A stretch of DNA of 64,000 bases from an uncultured Acidobacteriota bacterium (lineage in GTDB: Bacteria > Acidobacteriota > Terriglobia > Acidiferrales > UBA7541). This document shows positions 16,401 to 24,889 of this stretch, piece by piece. A program made the translations under genes and the position numbers. Location of the stretch: NCBI GenBank assembly GCA_963847505.1, contig CAWJZY010000002.1:2367137-2431136 (forward strand), read 5' to 3'. A model generated the notes under the pieces. That model ran no database searches, was not told the origin of the DNA, and saw only the letters and a list, made by a program, of their open reading frames with translations. Each line of letters opens with the position of its first letter. Position 1 is the first letter of the stretch.

Positions 16401-17764
16401 CTGCGACCGCAGGTACGTCAGATTTCGCGAACCTCTATGCGGCAGCCAATGCCGCCATTAACGGAGGGACATGCCTGGGAACAGCCGCGCAATGTACATC
16501 CACCGAGATTGCCGCGATTGCTGGTGATGTGAGTCTGCCGATTACGACAGCCTCGTTTGATCCGCTGTCTACCACCGGGGTGGTTGGGGCGACTGGCTCC
16601 TCCCCCGCTACTGGACCACTCTCGCCAGCCCAGCTGGCGGCGTTGGAGACCACCGGAACTTACGCCACTATCAATAACGTATCCACCGGAATCGGTCAGA
16701 CAAACGCAAACTTCCACAGCAGCGGGTTTATTACCGACCTAGGGGTTGGCGGAGCCGGTTCATTCGCCGGCACGCTGGGCAACGGATCTACCGCGTATAA
16801 CTCATTTGTGACCCACCTAATTGGGGCGGGCTTTCCGCTGAATTTCTGGGTCGTAAACCCGACGGCTAGCGGTGGAGCTGTCACTCTCTCAAACGGCGCG
16901 CAATCCACTTATAACGCCGCCGTTGTTGATCTACGCCGGAGGCCTTCGCACGGGTTGCAGTTCGATTTGAACTACACCTTCTCGAAGTCACTGACGGACT
17001 ACAACGCAAACTCCTCGGTCAGCTCAAACGCCTTCGCGACCCTGCGCGATACGAAGTACAGCAAGGGGCCGGCGCCGTTTGATATCCCGAACGCCGTCAA
17101 ACTCCAGCTGATCTACGATCTCCCCTTCGGACAAGGCAAGAAGTGGAGCTCGAGCAGCGGGTTTGCGAACCGCATCATCGGTGGATGGTCGCTTGACACC
17201 ATCACCCGGTGGCAGACTGGTCCGCCAATCCTCATCTCCAGCGGCATCAGTGGCGGCGACACATTCAACAGCAGCAGCCAGGGCGCTGGTGTCAATCTGA
17301 TCGGAATCGACCGCGAACAGTTGCAGAGCATGCTGTCGACGAACAAACTCGAAGGCGGCTCAACGCCCTTCGTTTATTATGTTCCGACCAGCTTGCTCGA
17401 CTCGAGCCTCCAAAGGGCCAATACCAACATCCTTCAGCCTGAGAACCAGCCTGGAGTTCTCGGTGGCCGTCCGTTCATTTACGGCCCGGAGTACTTCCGC
17501 ACGGACTTGAGTGTTGTTAAGGTCACCAAGATCACCGAGCGGGTGAACTTCGAGATGCGCGCTGAGATGCTCAACGCGTTCAACGATGCTGACTTCTACT
17601 TCGGTTGCGGGCCGGGCACGTCGCCCTGCACGCTCAGCACCCAGAACACCAGCTTCGGCAAGATGGGAGCCGGGTCGGCATCTGCGGCCGCCTACTCCGA
17701 TCTGAACACCACGTTCGATCCCGGTGGCCGAATGATCCAGTTGGTAGGCCGTATCAACTTCTAA
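13466..17764 (+). CDS. very large TonB-dependent receptor-like outer-membrane protein with N-terminal carboxypeptidase-regulatory-like domain (1432 aa)
   Basis: GTG at 13466 with AAAGGAGG 6 nt upstream. Signal peptide ...FLAHGVIAQ. CarboxypepD_reg-like GGTVVDPDNKAVAGATVTITD...GNYTITVTMANF. Plug-like region and beta-barrel-like repeats, with terminal ...VGRINF. Confidence 0.85.
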   Translation: MKRVGILLCLAACCMFLAHGVIAQGQPSGNIGGTVVDPDNKAVAGATVTITDAVTHAALPSVQTGSAGEFRVSNLPPGNYTITVTMANFKTTILNNIVVTVDHTYEVPVKMEVGAASVSVQVEGGGQQVMETQSTSISNTVSGRSVQELPFASRSAVLLGILDPGVQTSGGPRNSTFEGLPKGTINITFDGINNQCNLLKSSDGYFAINDPRIDDIEEFGITTNANDASKTGEGAAQMSYVSKRGGNAFHGGVWEYNRNTAFDSNYYFNGISGTPRQLLDFNDFGYKIGGPILKDKLFFFTDFDFFQFPQSVTRTKQILTPLAAGGTFTYASTAAVPLGNTWTTCNGTTCSANLLALAAAGGIGAAGAMGPSTISSITGPYINAIESSYTTAGVSSTPFNFYQNNIAWNSTTIGERRYPDLRLDYNITKHHSLEFDYHYAFYISNPDLLNSVDAEYPSSVEEQNHGEQLSNRNLFVLAERWTIGSNKSNEIRAGLNSAPTNFGLGLLVGNQCQAPSATLSTFCYPSIPVTVGGVTTSEEYTFGISGMSSSPFQSPGGTQGRNTAVGQAHDTFVWTKGTHNLSFGVDYTDIYANDFFTISGTAGFGLVSGADPLLTQGTPTFGQNSNLPGISSTDLGNAEALYASLVGRLSSYNSNVAFSPKTGGYLSGAPEVDKIGKHEYGIYGQDSWRVKPNLTFNYGLRWEYDGPPFDKYNQYAMLGGTETQASDIWGISGEGNLFKPGAVGGTSSLYYQNDKGLSWYNKYYRALAPSVGLAWQPNSDNDMLKHIFGGQGKTVIRAGYSIAYSRQGLEDWEEISEDNPGQEGSQVSTGILGANSTTNGTFSAGSINLGNGSTTGVPYTAQTPTSFLSTFPVSPTQGNTVYEVNPNIKPPLIQSWQASVQRELSPNMVLEVRYQANHGDGLWDVFNLNETNIFENGFLSEFEGAQGNLNLCNANLATVSGVSQACLAAESDLGIVKSTATAGTSDFANLYAAANAAINGGTCLGTAAQCTSTEIAAIAGDVSLPITTASFDPLSTTGVVGATGSSPATGPLSPAQLAALETTGTYATINNVSTGIGQTNANFHSSGFITDLGVGGAGSFAGTLGNGSTAYNSFVTHLIGAGFPLNFWVVNPTASGGAVTLSNGAQSTYNAAVVDLRRRPSHGLQFDLNYTFSKSLTDYNANSSVSSNAFATLRDTKYSKGPAPFDIPNAVKLQLIYDLPFGQGKKWSSSSGFANRIIGGWSLDTITRWQTGPPILISSGISGGDTFNSSSQGAGVNLIGIDREQLQSMLSTNKLEGGSTPFVYYVPTSLLDSSLQRANTNILQPENQPGVLGGRPFIYGPEYFRTDLSVVKVTKITERVNFEMRAEMLNAFNDADFYFGCGPGTSPCTLSTQNTSFGKMGAGSASAAAYSDLNTTFDPGGRMIQLVGRINF

Positions 17765-17772
17765 CCCGAAAG

Positions 17773-17838
17773 GCCCCGGCTATCCGGGGCTCACGGTCTT
17801 GGCGGGGGTGGCTTAAACGGCCACCCCCGTTCTTTTTT
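17773..17838 (+). terminator. two consecutive terminator hairpins after the large receptor gene
   Basis: GCCCCGG-CTAT-CCGGGGC (17773-17790). Then GGGGGTGGC-TTAAACG-GCCACCCCC (17804-17828) followed by GTTCTTTTTT. Confidence 0.75.
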
Positions 17839-17929
17839 GGCGGAGCGCATATTCCGGGTTTAGACTTGGGGGAAGAACTTTCGGATGTGTTCTAGCGTCT
17901 AATCCTAATGGGAACCAGAGGGTCTTTGG

Positions 17930-18910
17930 ATGAAGTTGCGCTATACCGTCTTCCTGATTGCGATTGTCTTTGCACTGCTTCTGGGGCATTCCGCTTCCGC
18001 ACAGGTAAATGTTACAGGCCAAATTTTCTTGCCCGACGGAAACACACCTACCCATCCCATTGAATTCCAGATCGATTCTTCAGCCAGTGGCGGCCTCCAC
18101 GATATTCAATTCACGGATTCCAAGGGTAAGTTCATTCTCGAGCACCTGGATGGGAACATTAACTATACGCTTACCGTGGAGGGCGATGGCCTAAACTGGG
18201 CTGCCACAAAGTATGACTTCGTTCCGGATGAAAACCCCGATCCGCGGTTCTACCTAAATGCGCTGCCGGAAAAGAAGCTGATCAAGCCTGGCGCATACAA
18301 ACCCAATGCCACAGCGGCGGACCTGCATGACCGGGGAATGAAAGCTTTCGAGGCAAACAAGCCTGAGGAAGCTGAAAAGCTTCTTGGCGAAGCGACAAAT
18401 GCCGATCCGAAATATGCCGCCGCTTTCAACGATCTGGGCGTGGTACTGATGAGGGAACGCAAGTACGCCGCCGCGGAAGAGGTTTTCCGCAAAGGCCTTC
18501 AGGCCGAACCGGAATCCGTGTCCCTCCTGCAGAATCTGGGAACCGATCTGGTTCATGCCGGGAAGTACCAGGATGCTATCGAGCCGCTGAAGCTGACGCT
18601 TCGCTTGCAGCCGAATCGTGGCGAGGCTCACCTGCAATTAGGAGCGGCGCTGGTGGAAACAGGGCAATTCGCCGAGGCGGAACAGGAACTATTGGCGGCG
18701 CAAAGATCCAAAGATGCCGACCCGGCGGGTCTCCAACTTTACCTCGGCAAACTTTATGCCAGCACCGGCGACTTCCCGAAATCCATTGCAGCTTTTGATG
18801 CCTTTTTGAAGCTCGCACCCGCCGATTCACCCAGCCGGCCAGCAATTGATGCTGCCATCAAGCGCATGCAACAGGAAATGGCCAAGAAGGCGGGTCACCA
18901 GGAATTGTAG
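17930..18910 (+). CDS. secreted TPR-repeat protein with an N-terminal CarboxypepD_reg-like beta-sandwich
   Basis: Signal peptide ...GHSASAQ. N-terminal VNVTGQIFLPDG...YTLTVEGDG. Four to five TPR-like units (YAAAFNDLGVVLMRERKYAAAEEVFRKGLQAEP etc.). Confidence 0.8.
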   Translation: MKLRYTVFLIAIVFALLLGHSASAQVNVTGQIFLPDGNTPTHPIEFQIDSSASGGLHDIQFTDSKGKFILEHLDGNINYTLTVEGDGLNWAATKYDFVPDENPDPRFYLNALPEKKLIKPGAYKPNATAADLHDRGMKAFEANKPEEAEKLLGEATNADPKYAAAFNDLGVVLMRERKYAAAEEVFRKGLQAEPESVSLLQNLGTDLVHAGKYQDAIEPLKLTLRLQPNRGEAHLQLGAALVETGQFAEAEQELLAAQRSKDADPAGLQLYLGKLYASTGDFPKSIAAFDAFLKLAPADSPSRPAIDAAIKRMQQEMAKKAGHQEL

Positions 18911-18973
18911 GCGGACTTCGGCGTATCGAGGCACTGCAAACGGCAGATCAAATTGTCAGTGGTAGGGATAGGT

Positions 18974-19228
18974 TCAGCGCAGGCGCCCGGGCGGATCGGC
19001 GGCCTCAGGCAGGTAGGGAGAGACAGCAGGCGGGTTGACCATTGGGGCGTGGGACGGCGCCGGCAGGGGCAGGCCGAGCCCCTGGTTGAGTTCCAGGTGC
19101 TCTTTGGCGCATCGTGGGCAAAAGCCCTTTCCCGTCGCTTCGTCGCGAAGGCTCGCCAGCTCGTAACATCCACAGATGCAGTCGCAGTACCCCGTTGTGG
19201 AAGCAGTCTTAATCGGCACCAGCGCCAT
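18974..19228 (-). CDS. small Cys-rich protein with a putative zinc-binding N-terminal half and a Pro-rich tail
   Basis: 84 aa: ...GYCDCICGCYELASLRDEATGKGFCPRCAKEH... then a Pro-rich tail. It has its own promoter-like element (next feature). The competing plus-strand ORF 18953-19672 is Arg-rich and low-complexity. Confidence 0.5.
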   Translation of the reverse strand: MALVPIKTASTTGYCDCICGCYELASLRDEATGKGFCPRCAKEHLELNQGLGLPLPAPSHAPMVNPPAVSPYLPEAADPPGRLR

Positions 19229-19252
19229 TTCTTGTTCTTTCCCCCGCGCGCG

Positions 19253-19281
19253 ATATTACGCCGCTGGCCAGTATATTGCAA
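19253..19281 (-). promoter_or_regulatory. candidate sigma-70-type promoter for the Cys-rich small gene
   Basis: Minus strand reads TTGCAA-N17-TAATAT, about 25 nt upstream of the ATG at 19228. Confidence 0.45.
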
Positions 19282-19331
19282 TCGGCGCGGAGCAAACAAC
19301 AGCGGCGGGGATCTCCGTGGATGCTCTGATT

Positions 19332-20417
19332 TTAGAGGTTTTTCAGATAGGCCAGGCGGAACGGCCCAATGGCATTGGCGCGAAGTTCCTTCCAGATGGA
19401 ATCAGGCAAGGAAAGAAAGGCATCAGCGACCTTTGGATCGAACTGCGTTCCGCTGCACCGCGCGATTTCGGCTTTCGCTTGCTCGAGCGACAACGCACGC
19501 CGGTATGGCCGGTCAGAAGTCATCGCGTCCAGCGTATCCGCCACGGCGAAGATGCGCGCGCCCAATGGAATTTCTTCGCCTTTCAGGCCGTTCGGATATC
19601 CCGTTCCATCGAATTTCTCCTGGTGCGCCAGCACGATCTTCGCGACCGCGCGCAGGAAAGGAACGCGGTTGAGCATTTCATAGCCGATCTCGCAGTGCGT
19701 GCGCATGATTATCTGTTCCTCCGGCGTGAGCGGACCTGGCTTGCGCAAGACCTGGTCGGGAATCGCCATTTTGCCGATATCGTGCAGAAACGCTCCGCGC
19801 GCGATTTCGGGAAGATGGGCCACGTCCACCTGCAGCGCCTTGGCGATTGCCAGCGTAAACGCGGTGACCCGTTTGCAATGGCCCTCTGTTTCAGCATCCT
19901 TTAGATCCAGCGCTCCACCCAGGGCCTCGAGAGTGTCGTCGTACGAACTCTCCAGTTGATCCAGCGCTCCCCGCAACTGGGCGGTCCGCTCTTCGACAAG
20001 CTTTTCAAGGTTGCGCTGGTAGTGGCGATTTTCCTTCAAGAGCCGCCGGTGCTCAAGGGCCCGGCGCACGCTCAGAAAGAGCTGATCTTTCTCAAAAGGC
20101 TTCAGGATGTAATCGTAAGCGCCGCGACGGATCGCCTCAAGGGCAGTGGAAAGGTCGTGCATTGCCGTGACCATAATCACGGGAATATCCTTGTCATGAT
20201 TGCGGACCCATTCCAGCAAACGCAGTCCATCCATCTCCGGCATCACCATATCGCTCAGGACAACATCGGGCGGGGGCGAATTGCCGTTCCATTGCTCCAC
20301 AGCCAGGCGGCCATTACCTGCGGGCGTGCATAGATATCCCTGCGATTCGAGAAGGGTCGAGACGACCTCTCGAATCGCTTCCTCATCGTCTACAACCAGT
20401 ATGCGTTCCGCTGCCAC
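19332..20417 (-). CDS. response regulator with HD-GYP output domain (c-di-GMP phosphodiesterase type)
   Basis: GTG start with GGAGG 5 nt upstream. REC domain (ILVVDDEE...VLSDMVMPEMDG...KPF). HD-GYP motifs HDIGKMAIP and HQEKFDGTGYPNGL. Confidence 0.9.
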   Translation of the reverse strand: MAAERILVVDDEEAIREVVSTLLESQGYLCTPAGNGRLAVEQWNGNSPPPDVVLSDMVMPEMDGLRLLEWVRNHDKDIPVIMVTAMHDLSTALEAIRRGAYDYILKPFEKDQLFLSVRRALEHRRLLKENRHYQRNLEKLVEERTAQLRGALDQLESSYDDTLEALGGALDLKDAETEGHCKRVTAFTLAIAKALQVDVAHLPEIARGAFLHDIGKMAIPDQVLRKPGPLTPEEQIIMRTHCEIGYEMLNRVPFLRAVAKIVLAHQEKFDGTGYPNGLKGEEIPLGARIFAVADTLDAMTSDRPYRRALSLEQAKAEIARCSGTQFDPKVADAFLSLPDSIWKELRANAIGPFRLAYLKNL

Positions 20418-20464
20418 AGGGGCCTCCGTTAGCTATTATACGGCACGGCACACTGGTTCTATAG

Positions 20465-23400
20465 GTGTGTTGTCCATTTCTGAAACTACGTGCTAACTTT
20501 GCTACCTATCGTCGGCGGTTATCGGTCCCGTACATTTCGGGTTCTCTATTGCTCTTAGACGCGAGCCAATTCGGCGGTAAAGTATTCTTGCCTGTCACGG
20601 TCCAAGGACAGCTTTCGCTGGCCTTCTTTCAATTCTCCGCCTTCCTGATTCTGCTAATTCTTTATCTTATTCTTTACAAAGACGTTAAGGCGCGATATCT
20701 CCGCCTTTGGATTGCAGGTTGGATATTTCTTACCGTGAGTGGTGTCGCGCGGCTCATCCAGCAGGTACATGACAGTCCGGTTGAATTGATAGTTATCCAG
20801 ACGTCCTTTTTTGTAGCTACCACGTTTTTCCTGGCGATGGTGCTCGAGTATGTGCAGCCTTACCGGCATTTACGGTCGGTTTGGATGTGGTGTGTGTTTG
20901 GCGGCATGCTTGATGCCGTCATGTCCGCACGCGGGTCCAGCACGTCTTTCCTGGTGAATTGGCTGCCAGCTCTCCTTTCGGGAGGCACATCACTAGTTGC
21001 GGGAGGTATTCTGTGGCGCTCGCGAGAAAAGAAAAGAGGCCACGGCATACCATTGATGGCGGCGGCTCTTTTACTCGCCGGGCTGCATCACCTGGACCAG
21101 CCATTTTGGGTGACTTATCAGTTTTACGCGCTACGGATAGCTTTTGGCTCCCTCTTGCAAGTCGCGCTGGGGATCGGAATGGTGGTGCTGATTCTGGAAG
21201 CGAGCCGCGCCCGCGTGGAAGACCTCAATGACAAACTCCGCCGGTTGTCTCTTATCACGGCTGCAAGCACACAAACTTTGAGCGTAGACGAGGTTCTGCA
21301 GGAGGTTCTTGAGAACCTGGTGAAAGCGCTTGGCGCTACGCATGGCGTCGTGCGCCTGCTTACCAGCAAAGGCGATGAGGCGGAATTGGAGATTCGTGGC
21401 GCCACCGGGCACAGCGCGGAGTTCTTGGAACGGCACAAACGAATTTCGTCGAGCGAAGCCTGGGCGCGAGGTCTTCTCGATCAGAAAACCCCTTGGGTCT
21501 CGTTTGACGAGAAAAATATTCCAGCCGCGCCGCGCCTGCGTATGGAATCTGAAAACGTTTCGGCCATGGCGTTCGTCCGCCTGCCGGGGAAGGAGGCGTC
21601 GCTCGGTCTGCTGGGCATAGGTTCTTCCACACCACGGCGCTTCCAGGCAGATGAAATCGCCTTTCTTACAAATGTTGCGAATCTTCTTGGCCTGACGATC
21701 CAGAACCTTCAACTATTCCAGCATGCCGCTGCGGCCGAGCATCAGTGGTCCTATACATTTGATTCCATCGGCGACCCGATTCTGGTCCACGACGATGCCG
21801 GAAGAGTGGTGCGCGTAAACGAGGCGCTTGCGTCTCGCATTGGAAGGTTGCCGGACGAACTGTGCGGACGGATGGTGTCGGAAGTCCTTCGCAAGGATGG
21901 TCCGCAATGGTCCTCATGCCCGTATTGCGAAAGTGTCCTTGGCAAGGGTAACAAGACTGATCCGGGTCTGGGCGGCATTCTCCTGGTCTCTAACTCTGAT
22001 TTTCATGATCCGTCTGGACGCCGCCTGGGTGTCGTTCATGTGCTGAAGGACATCACGGGCCGCCAGCAAGCCGAGGAGAAATACCGCAGTCTAATCGCCA
22101 ATATGCAGGAAGGCGTCTTTATTTCTTCTCCGGAAGGCCGCTTTCTGGATTTTAATGATGCGTTTCGACGCATGCTCGGTTATGAAAGCCGGGAAGAATT
22201 GATGGCTGTGACCGACATTGCATCCAGTATGTACGTGAACCCGTCTGACCGGGGGAGACTCCAGAAGTTGCTGCGAGAACACGGATCCGTAAACGATTTT
22301 GAATTTCAGCTGCGGCGGCGAGACGGTGAAATCGTCACATTGATCGAATCAAGCGTTGTGACACGCGATGCGGCTGGCAAGATCGAGGCTTTCCAGGGAT
22401 TTGTACTGGACATTACCGAGCGAAAGAATGCCGAGCAGGAAATTCGCAGAAGGAACCGCGAGTTGATGATCCTCAACGCGATCGGACAGACGCTCAATCA
22501 GCCCATCGAGCTTCAGGAGTTGCTGGGCCGGGCTCTCCGGCAGGTGGTGGAATTGTTTAGCGCGGAAGCGGGATCGATTTTTCTGTTTGAGGCGGATTCG
22601 GCGACCCTTCGGCGCACCGTGGCAGTAGGATTGCGTTCTGAATACGCGCGTAGGTTTCCACTGACCGAACTCCCCTCCGATCTTGTTGAACATATCCGAG
22701 CCGTCCATGCGACTGTACTTTCAACCGCGGGCCTCCGTTTGCCGGCGGTTTTCAGGGATTTCCAACAGAAGGAAGGGCTTGAAGTCTTGCACTTCGTAGT
22801 GCTCTGGTCTAAAGACCGGCCGCTCGGTTGTTTGTTGCTCGGCGGCCGCAAGGTGCGCGACTTTTCCAGTGCGGAAATCAATCTACTGGTGTCCGTAAGC
22901 AATCAGATTGCCGCCTCGATTGAGAAAATTTTATTGCTGGACGAGACGCGGCAGGCTTATGAGAACCTGCGCCGCACGCAGGAGCAGCTCCTGCAAAGCG
23001 AGAAAATGGCCGCAATTGGGCAGCTGATTTCCGGTGTCGCCCACGAGTTAAACAACCCTCTGACCGCTATCCTCGGCTATAGCCAGTTGCTTTCCTCGAG
23101 CGAATTCGTGAACGAACGAGGCGCCGATTATGTTGGGAAGCTGTACAAACAAGCCCGGCGCACGCACCGTATCGTCAATAATCTCTTGAGTTTTTCCCGG
23201 CAACAGAAACCCGAACGGCTTCCCGTGCGCATCAATCAGGTTATTGAGGATACGCTGGCGCTTCGGGAATACGACCTTCGCGTGAATAATATTCATATCC
23301 ACCGCGACCTGGCAGGAAACTTGCCGCTTACAGGCGCCGATGCTCACCAGCTCCAGCAGGTATTCTTAAACATCCTCAACAATGCCGTGGACGCCATTCT

Positions 23401-24112
23401 CGAGCGCTCGGATCGCGGTGATATCAGGGTCCGCACGTGGCAGAGCGAGGGACGAATCGTGGCTGAGTTTGTGGACAGCGGCCCCGGAATACAGGACACG
23501 CATCGCGTATTCGATCCCTTCTATACAACCAAGGCCGTTGGAAAGGGAACTGGACTAGGCTTGAGCATCTGCTATGGCATCATCACGGAGCACGGCGGTG
23601 AGATTACAGTGGACAACGCTCCAGGGCAGGGCGCCTCAGTTACTGTCGCGCTACCAGTCCTTCCCGTGGGTGGTTCCAGCAGTGAAAGCGAATTGGAAGG
23701 CGCCGGCGACTTGCCCGCTACCGGGCGCGTCCTGCTTGTGGATGACGAAGAGGCCATTCTGGAGTTGGAGCGGGAAATTCTTGTCGGTCGGCGGCTAACG
23801 GTGATTGCGGTGCGCAGCGGTGAGGAAGCCATAAAATTGTTGGAGACAGAACAAGTGGACCTCATTGTGACGGACATGACGATGCCGGGAGCAGTAACCG
23901 GGCGCGCGCTATACGAATGGGTTCGAACCTACCGGCCAGAACTCGCACACCGGGTCGTATTTACAATGTCCGGCGCCGCAGGGGACGACTCGCCAGACCT
24001 GTTCAAACAGAGTGGTTGCGCGCACATTCAAAAACCCTTTGAGGTAGAAGGTTTCTGGAGAGTTGTGCGGAACACCCTGGTGGAGGCTGAATCGCCCGCG
24101 CTCAAGCTCTAA
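20465..24112 (+). CDS. hybrid sensor histidine kinase (multi-TM N terminus, GAF/PAS/PAS/GAF, HisKA, HATPase_c, REC)
   Basis: H-box VAHELNNPLTAILGY, N-box LNILNNAVDA, G-boxes DSGPGI and GTGLGLS, C-terminal REC (VLLVDDEE...DLIVTDMTMPG...QKPF). The exact start is uncertain: GTG at 20465 has no SD. Confidence 0.88.
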   Translation: MCCPFLKLRANFATYRRRLSVPYISGSLLLLDASQFGGKVFLPVTVQGQLSLAFFQFSAFLILLILYLILYKDVKARYLRLWIAGWIFLTVSGVARLIQQVHDSPVELIVIQTSFFVATTFFLAMVLEYVQPYRHLRSVWMWCVFGGMLDAVMSARGSSTSFLVNWLPALLSGGTSLVAGGILWRSREKKRGHGIPLMAAALLLAGLHHLDQPFWVTYQFYALRIAFGSLLQVALGIGMVVLILEASRARVEDLNDKLRRLSLITAASTQTLSVDEVLQEVLENLVKALGATHGVVRLLTSKGDEAELEIRGATGHSAEFLERHKRISSSEAWARGLLDQKTPWVSFDEKNIPAAPRLRMESENVSAMAFVRLPGKEASLGLLGIGSSTPRRFQADEIAFLTNVANLLGLTIQNLQLFQHAAAAEHQWSYTFDSIGDPILVHDDAGRVVRVNEALASRIGRLPDELCGRMVSEVLRKDGPQWSSCPYCESVLGKGNKTDPGLGGILLVSNSDFHDPSGRRLGVVHVLKDITGRQQAEEKYRSLIANMQEGVFISSPEGRFLDFNDAFRRMLGYESREELMAVTDIASSMYVNPSDRGRLQKLLREHGSVNDFEFQLRRRDGEIVTLIESSVVTRDAAGKIEAFQGFVLDITERKNAEQEIRRRNRELMILNAIGQTLNQPIELQELLGRALRQVVELFSAEAGSIFLFEADSATLRRTVAVGLRSEYARRFPLTELPSDLVEHIRAVHATVLSTAGLRLPAVFRDFQQKEGLEVLHFVVLWSKDRPLGCLLLGGRKVRDFSSAEINLLVSVSNQIAASIEKILLLDETRQAYENLRRTQEQLLQSEKMAAIGQLISGVAHELNNPLTAILGYSQLLSSSEFVNERGADYVGKLYKQARRTHRIVNNLLSFSRQQKPERLPVRINQVIEDTLALREYDLRVNNIHIHRDLAGNLPLTGADAHQLQQVFLNILNNAVDAILERSDRGDIRVRTWQSEGRIVAEFVDSGPGIQDTHRVFDPFYTTKAVGKGTGLGLSICYGIITEHGGEITVDNAPGQGASVTVALPVLPVGGSSSESELEGAGDLPATGRVLLVDDEEAILELEREILVGRRLTVIAVRSGEEAIKLLETEQVDLIVTDMTMPGAVTGRALYEWVRTYRPELAHRVVFTMSGAAGDDSPDLFKQSGCAHIQKPFEVEGFWRVVRNTLVEAESPALKL

Positions 24113-24656
24113 GCTGCGTGGATTGCGAGGCTGCGGCTTCGTGCAATGCGTCCATTCCGTTTCCCAAGCGCACCGCCATCGTTCCAATCAATTCCGCCAG
24201 GTGCTGGATCTGTGTGATCGGCGCCGCGCCTGTCCACAACCTTAGCCAGATACGCACCCACATAAACTCAAACCGGATGGCGAGCCGGATGCGTTCCGCC
24301 TCTCTCAGTCGATTCGGGACTGGAGCGAGTGCTGTCAAAGTTCGCGCAAGGCGATCCAGTCTTCGATAATCATCCCGCAGTCCCGCCAAGAACTCCAGCG
24401 CGGCGCTTCGGCGCGCCCTAAGCGCCATGCGCCTCGCATTTGAACTGGCTCGCCTCTCTAGGAATACCCTATCGTCATCGGAAAGAGCCTGGCGCACTTG
24501 CGGGAAGTACCTGTAATGTTGCGGAAGAAGTTTTTCCGCTGAAACCGCTTGAGGCAGAGTAACGCTGCCCCGTTCGCCCTTGACGCGGTGAGACAGCCAA
24601 TAAAATGCGGCCAGCAGGGCTAGAGTAACTAACGCAAATAGGATGACATTCATCAT
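24102..24656 (-). CDS. hypothetical membrane-anchored protein
   Basis: 184 aa with a single N-terminal TM helix (VILFALVTLALLAAFYWL) and an Arg-rich helical remainder. Its 3' end overlaps the kinase gene by 11 nt, convergently. Confidence 0.55.
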   Translation of the reverse strand: MMNVILFALVTLALLAAFYWLSHRVKGERGSVTLPQAVSAEKLLPQHYRYFPQVRQALSDDDRVFLERRASSNARRMALRARRSAALEFLAGLRDDYRRLDRLARTLTALAPVPNRLREAERIRLAIRFEFMWVRIWLRLWTGAAPITQIQHLAELIGTMAVRLGNGMDALHEAAASQSTQLRA

Positions 24657-24889
24657 TCGGGCGAATTCCGTTGTGGATTGCGGTCAAACAAAAACAAGAA
24701 TACATCAAACCGGGCTATCGAATGGTAGGTCTTGGCAAGAGGGCCCCAAATGGCCGAATATTTTCCCGTGGAAGTATGATAGAGTAAATGAGATATTATT
24801 ACAATAGCCTCGCAACTTTCACGCGCGCACCACAACAACCCTGGACCTGGTCTTGCTGAACATGGGTCTTCCTTAGAGAATGCAAGCAA

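Noticed and set aside
18953-19904. Plus-strand ORFs 18953-19672 (239 aa) and 19176-19904 (242 aa) across the Cys-rich gene and the HD-GYP regulator
   Set aside because: They overlap the clearly coding REC-HD-GYP frame on the minus strand and have Arg/Gly-rich compositions.
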